Notes under the pieces: model-generated
Databases searched by the model: none
The model's input: only the letters and a program-made list of their open reading frames with translations
What the model was told of the DNA's origin: nothing
Origin: Candidatus Cloacimonadales bacterium
GTDB lineage: Bacteria; Cloacimonadota; Cloacimonadia; Cloacimonadales; DAONDQ01
Direction: 5' to 3'
DNA length: 64,000 bases
NCBI GenBank assembly: GCA_963662275.1
Contig: OY759316.1
Coordinates: forward strand, 3,008,001 to 3,072,000
Shown here: piece after piece, positions 60,414 through 64,000 of the stretch
Numbering within the stretch: the first letter of the stretch is position 1
How the letters are laid out: every line of letters begins with the position of its first letter
Made by a program: the position numbers and the translations under genes

Positions 60414-61392
60414 TGTCATTAATGAAGTAAAACTCGAAACTTACTTCAAATACTTTCTGGAAGATGGGATTGCGGATATCAGAGGGGGTTTAAGCTTAAT
60501 AGCTTTAGGGTTTATATTTCTATACAATCAATTTTCCATAACTCCTATCCTGATCCTGATAGCAATTACATTCTTTCTTAGACCCATGACAAAAAGATTG
60601 AGTGAGAAATATGTATATCCGAGAATCGGTTATGTAGTTTTCAATAAAAAATGCAAAATCAATTTCGAAAATAAACGAACCTATATGCTGTCTGCTTATT
60701 TCGTGATCAGTATATGTCTCGGTGTTGTCTTTTCGCTATCTGTCACTGAATCGACTAAATTTGCCTTTCATTATGTAAATCTGTGGATAACTGGCATACT
60801 ATTTATTCTAACGCTTGGTAGTTTCATGAGGAATGCAAAGTATTATCTCTACGCTGCCATGCTAATTCCTCCCATTGCTTGTCCAGCAACCTTCGCATGT
60901 AATTTCTACTACATCATTGCTAACATTGTTTTCTTTCTGATCGCTATCTCTCTGTTTGAAAAACCGGGTTTCTGGAATGACCAGGAACCGGAGTTATCCT
61001 TGAAATATAGGATATTAGGACACAATATCATATTTATCTTGTCTTCTTTAGCCCTGATATATATGATTTTGATTGTGAGTCATTCGATATATGGAAAATC
61101 AATCACCCATTTCGTTAATCGTCTTTTTGGAACGACTTATGAGAACATAATGATCAGTGTTGTTATCATAATTCAGTTAGGCATCGGTTATTTCCTGCAT
61201 TCCTGGAGAAACATTCTATATGCATTCCTGCTAATTGTTTTAATCAATTTAAAGAGCCTTGCACCATCATTGCTTCTTAATCAGTGGCAAATTGTCATGT
61301 TTTCGGGAATAGTCGTCATGGGGACAGGAATCTATGTTTTGAATAGATTTGTCAGAAAATACCCCATAATAGAGGTTCCTGATGAAAGATAA
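60400..61392 (+). CDS. Polytopic membrane protein, paralog 4 of 4
   Basis: MKQND; EDGIADI, KYVYPRIG, FVRKYP. Confidence 0.8.
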   Translation: MKQNDVINEVKLETYFKYFLEDGIADIRGGLSLIALGFIFLYNQFSITPILILIAITFFLRPMTKRLSEKYVYPRIGYVVFNKKCKINFENKRTYMLSAYFVISICLGVVFSLSVTESTKFAFHYVNLWITGILFILTLGSFMRNAKYYLYAAMLIPPIACPATFACNFYYIIANIVFFLIAISLFEKPGFWNDQEPELSLKYRILGHNIIFILSSLALIYMILIVSHSIYGKSITHFVNRLFGTTYENIMISVVIIIQLGIGYFLHSWRNILYAFLLIVLINLKSLAPSLLLNQWQIVMFSGIVVMGTGIYVLNRFVRKYPIIEVPDER

Positions 61393-61726
61393 GCAAAAGG
61401 AAGTAACCTATCCCTTGAATCCAGAACCAGCAATTCCTAACATGGTTGCAGAGGATATCGATAAAATTATTCATGAACCGGGAAGACTGATGATCCTCCT
61501 GCATCTATTTGTAGTTGTGAGTGCTGATTTCATTTATCTGATGAGACAAACAGGACTTTCCAAGGGGAATCTCTCCTCTCATCTCAGCAAATTGGAAGAA
61601 GCCGGATATGTGATGATTATGAAGGAATTCATAGATAAGAAACCACATACCCTGATTTCACTTACGGAAGCTGGAAGAAAGGCTTTTGAAACGTACAAGG
61701 AAACGATTAAGGAGCTGTTGAAGTAG
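61382..61726 (+). CDS. Winged-helix transcriptional regulator (HTH_34, ArsR/MarR-like)
   Basis: D.IIHEP.RL.I, GLSKGNLSSHLSKLEEAGYV, P.T...LT..GR.AF. Confidence 0.9.
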   Translation: MKDKQKEVTYPLNPEPAIPNMVAEDIDKIIHEPGRLMILLHLFVVVSADFIYLMRQTGLSKGNLSSHLSKLEEAGYVMIMKEFIDKKPHTLISLTEAGRKAFETYKETIKELLK

Positions 61727-61732
61727 CCATTT

Positions 61733-62255
61733 GCGGAAGCGGACAGCATACAGGGTACAGCGTACAGCGGACAGCGGACAGGGCAGAGAAACAGAAGGGA
61801 ATAGCGAATAGCGGAAGCGGACAGCATACAGGGTACAGCGGACAGCGGACAGCGGACAGGGCAGAGAAACAGAAGGGAATAGCGAATAGCGGAAGCGGAC
61901 AGCATACAGGGTACAGCGGACAGCGGACAGCGGACAGGGCAGAGAAACAGAAGGGAATAGCGAATAGCGGAAGCGGACAGCATACAGGGTACAGCGGACA
62001 GCGGACAGCGGACAGGGCAGAGAAACAGAAGGGAATAGCGAATAGCGGAAGCGGACAGCATACAGGGTACAGCGGACAGCGGACAGCGGACAGGGCAGAG
62101 AAACAGAAGGGAATAGCAAAGCTGCAATCGATTTAACCCGGAGCTACATCTCACTTCTGCTCTGAACTATTCCCTGTATGCTGTCCGCTGTACCCTGTAT
62201 GCTGTCCGCTTCCTGTCTGCTGTACCCTGTTCGCTGTCCGCTGTACCCTGTACGC
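61733..62255. repeat. 78-bp tandem array x5, built from heptamers, followed by inverted partial copies
   Basis: Units start at 61733, 61811, 61889, 61967, 62045; internal ACAGCGG heptamers; complementary CCCTGTATGCTGTCCGCT block at 62172-62255. Confidence 0.95.
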
Positions 62256-62323
62256 TTTTTTCATTATTTTCTTTACAGCAAAAACTATGATAATATATGT
62301 AACGCTGGTATATGGGAGGTCTT

Positions 62324-63049
62324 ATGAGATTAAATCAAATGTTAATCTTATGTTTGTTATTTTTTACAATATCATGCATATCAGCAGAATCCAGACCTTA
62401 CTATAAATTAACTCTAAGCAATGGCAATAATTACGAAGGAACTATTCTGAAAGAAAAGCCGGATGGGAGTATCCTGTTCCGAACAAAAGACGGGGTAAAG
62501 TACTTATTACATAAAGATGAGATATCCAGTCTTACTGAAATGGCTATACCATTCGCGCAGACTAACAAGATACAGAATCTAGGAATTCCCTACAAGGGCA
62601 ATTTTGGTGTGGGAATAGGCATACCATATGGTATATTTGGTTTCGGAGCTGATTACTTTGTTAGACCTCGTATCGCAGCAACAATCGGTTTAGGGACTGC
62701 TTTCATCGGTGGCGCATATGATGTTGGGATTCGCTATTTCCTTCGGGACATGGACCATACATGGCGTCCAAGGTTATCTGCATATTATGGCATTAACTCG
62801 TTTGAACTCGTCCAGACAGCGGATAATGAATTGGATAAAAAAAATAGTGACACATTTGCTGGTTTGACACTTGGGATTGGACAGCAATGGTCATGGGGAA
62901 AAAGTAAGCATACCGGTATTGAATTAGATATGAATTACCTGGTCACAACAGGTGTTTTTGATCGTATAGATGAACTAAAAGCACATGGTTATGATGTGTC
63001 AGAAGCTAGTCGGATTCAAATGTCAATTGGTATCCGTCATAATTTCTGA
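62324..63049 (+). CDS. Putative outer-membrane beta-barrel protein with small N-terminal domain
   Basis: Signal peptide, alternating beta strands, C-terminal IGIRHNF; GGAGG RBS. Confidence 0.65.
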   Translation: MRLNQMLILCLLFFTISCISAESRPYYKLTLSNGNNYEGTILKEKPDGSILFRTKDGVKYLLHKDEISSLTEMAIPFAQTNKIQNLGIPYKGNFGVGIGIPYGIFGFGADYFVRPRIAATIGLGTAFIGGAYDVGIRYFLRDMDHTWRPRLSAYYGINSFELVQTADNELDKKNSDTFAGLTLGIGQQWSWGKSKHTGIELDMNYLVTTGVFDRIDELKAHGYDVSEASRIQMSIGIRHNF

Positions 63050-63095
63050 CCAGAATTATTAACATACATAATGAAACAATCTCAAAGGGGAATCT

Positions 63096-64000
63096 ATGAA
63101 TGTCAATCCTACTCCTACTACAAATGGAACACATCAGCAAATCCCACATATAACTTTTAATCTGCCGAAAAATAAGTCATTCAATATCCTATTCACGATC
63201 ATTTGTCTGCTGATCATTATTGGATTGTATTACTTCAATCTGCCAGTTTTCTCATTTAAATTTGCCAGTTTGTACATAAGTATAATGTTTGCTTTGTTAT
63301 TGCTAGCTAGGAACTTCCTTCCCAAAAACTTAAAAAAAGTTATGGTAGGATTGGCATTTCTAAGTTTTGCCTCAATGATCGTTTTCTCAATTTTATCTCA
63401 ACCTTTATTTAGATCTGCTGATTATCGTAATTTACTGGGTCAGGTAAAGGAAACTGAATTTCAGAAACTAATCTCACCCATCAATCTTGACCAAATACCT
63501 ATTGTTGATCCTGCCTTTGCTTTAAGTCTCGCTGAAAAGAAACTTGGTGATGATTTTGCCTTGGGAAGCAGAGTTATTCTTGGTAATCCAACTCGTCAAA
63601 TGATTAATGGTCATCTGTATTTTGCTATACCACTTCTTCATAGCGGTTTCTTTAAATGGCTTACCAATAGAGAACAGGGAACCCCTGGTTTTATTATTGT
63701 TTCTGCCACCAATCCACAGGACATTCAATTCATTAGGGATGTAAACGGAAAACCCGTGCACTTAATCTATCAGCCTAATTCTTTTTGGGATCAGAATTTG
63801 AAACGTATAATCTATATGAGTGGTATCAGGAATTTGGGAATTGGTGATTTTACCTTTGAACTGGATGATCAATTTCACCCTTGGTGGACAGTCACAATAT
63901 ATGATCATAAGATTGGTCTCATGGGTTCTGATGCCATTGGAACAGCAATTGTTAATCCTGAAACAGGAAATGTTACTTATTATGATGTAAAGGATACACC
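63096..64000 (+). CDS. 3'-truncated conserved hypothetical membrane-anchored protein (absent from the ORF track)
   Basis: AAGGGG RBS, ATG 63096, frame open to window end; N-terminal TM segments then IPIVD..A..LAEKKLG...GFFKW. Confidence 0.75.
   Translation, partial: MNVNPTPTTNGTHQQIPHITFNLPKNKSFNILFTIICLLIIIGLYYFNLPVFSFKFASLYISIMFALLLLARNFLPKNLKKVMVGLAFLSFASMIVFSILSQPLFRSADYRNLLGQVKETEFQKLISPINLDQIPIVDPAFALSLAEKKLGDDFALGSRVILGNPTRQMINGHLYFAIPLLHSGFFKWLTNREQGTPGFIIVSATNPQDIQFIRDVNGKPVHLIYQPNSFWDQNLKRIIYMSGIRNLGIGDFTFELDDQFHPWWTVTIYDHKIGLMGSDAIGTAIVNPETGNVTYYDVKDT

Noticed and set aside
61579..62154. Minus-strand repetitive ORFs (191 and 153 aa)
   Set aside because: Artefacts of a 78-bp (3n) stop-free repeat; they overlap the regulator antisense.

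Overview
AT-rich bacterial chromosomal segment. Many signal-peptide proteins end in a YPNPF/FlgD-Ig (T9SS-type-A-like) tail, and FGE-sulfatase surface proteins, hydF and methionine gamma-lyase are present. This suggests an anaerobic FCB-group organism such as Cloacimonadota (inference only). Coding content: large secreted beta-helix, FG-GAP and adhesin proteins (1-18.5 kb, 37-40 kb); an mrfA/yprA-like helicase to yprB-aspA-hydF-nitrilase run; two anchor+FGE/CLec gene pairs split by an integrase+IS91-type element; a glycan cluster with a PorZ-like gene; dacB; a complete IS with 8-bp TSD; and four paralogous membrane proteins with a winged-helix regulator. The most unusual content is non-coding. 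Two RAYT transposases have their own REP families. A DUF559 nuclease gene shows the same REP-flanked, tandem-array layout as a RAYT, making it a candidate new repeat-associated nuclease system. Related hairpins have expanded in frame inside the helicase. There are also dispersed 7-bp/11-bp periodic modules and a structured ~100-125-nt element present twice. No rRNA, tRNA, CRISPR array or reverse transcriptase was seen. All product calls come from motif recognition, not database searches.
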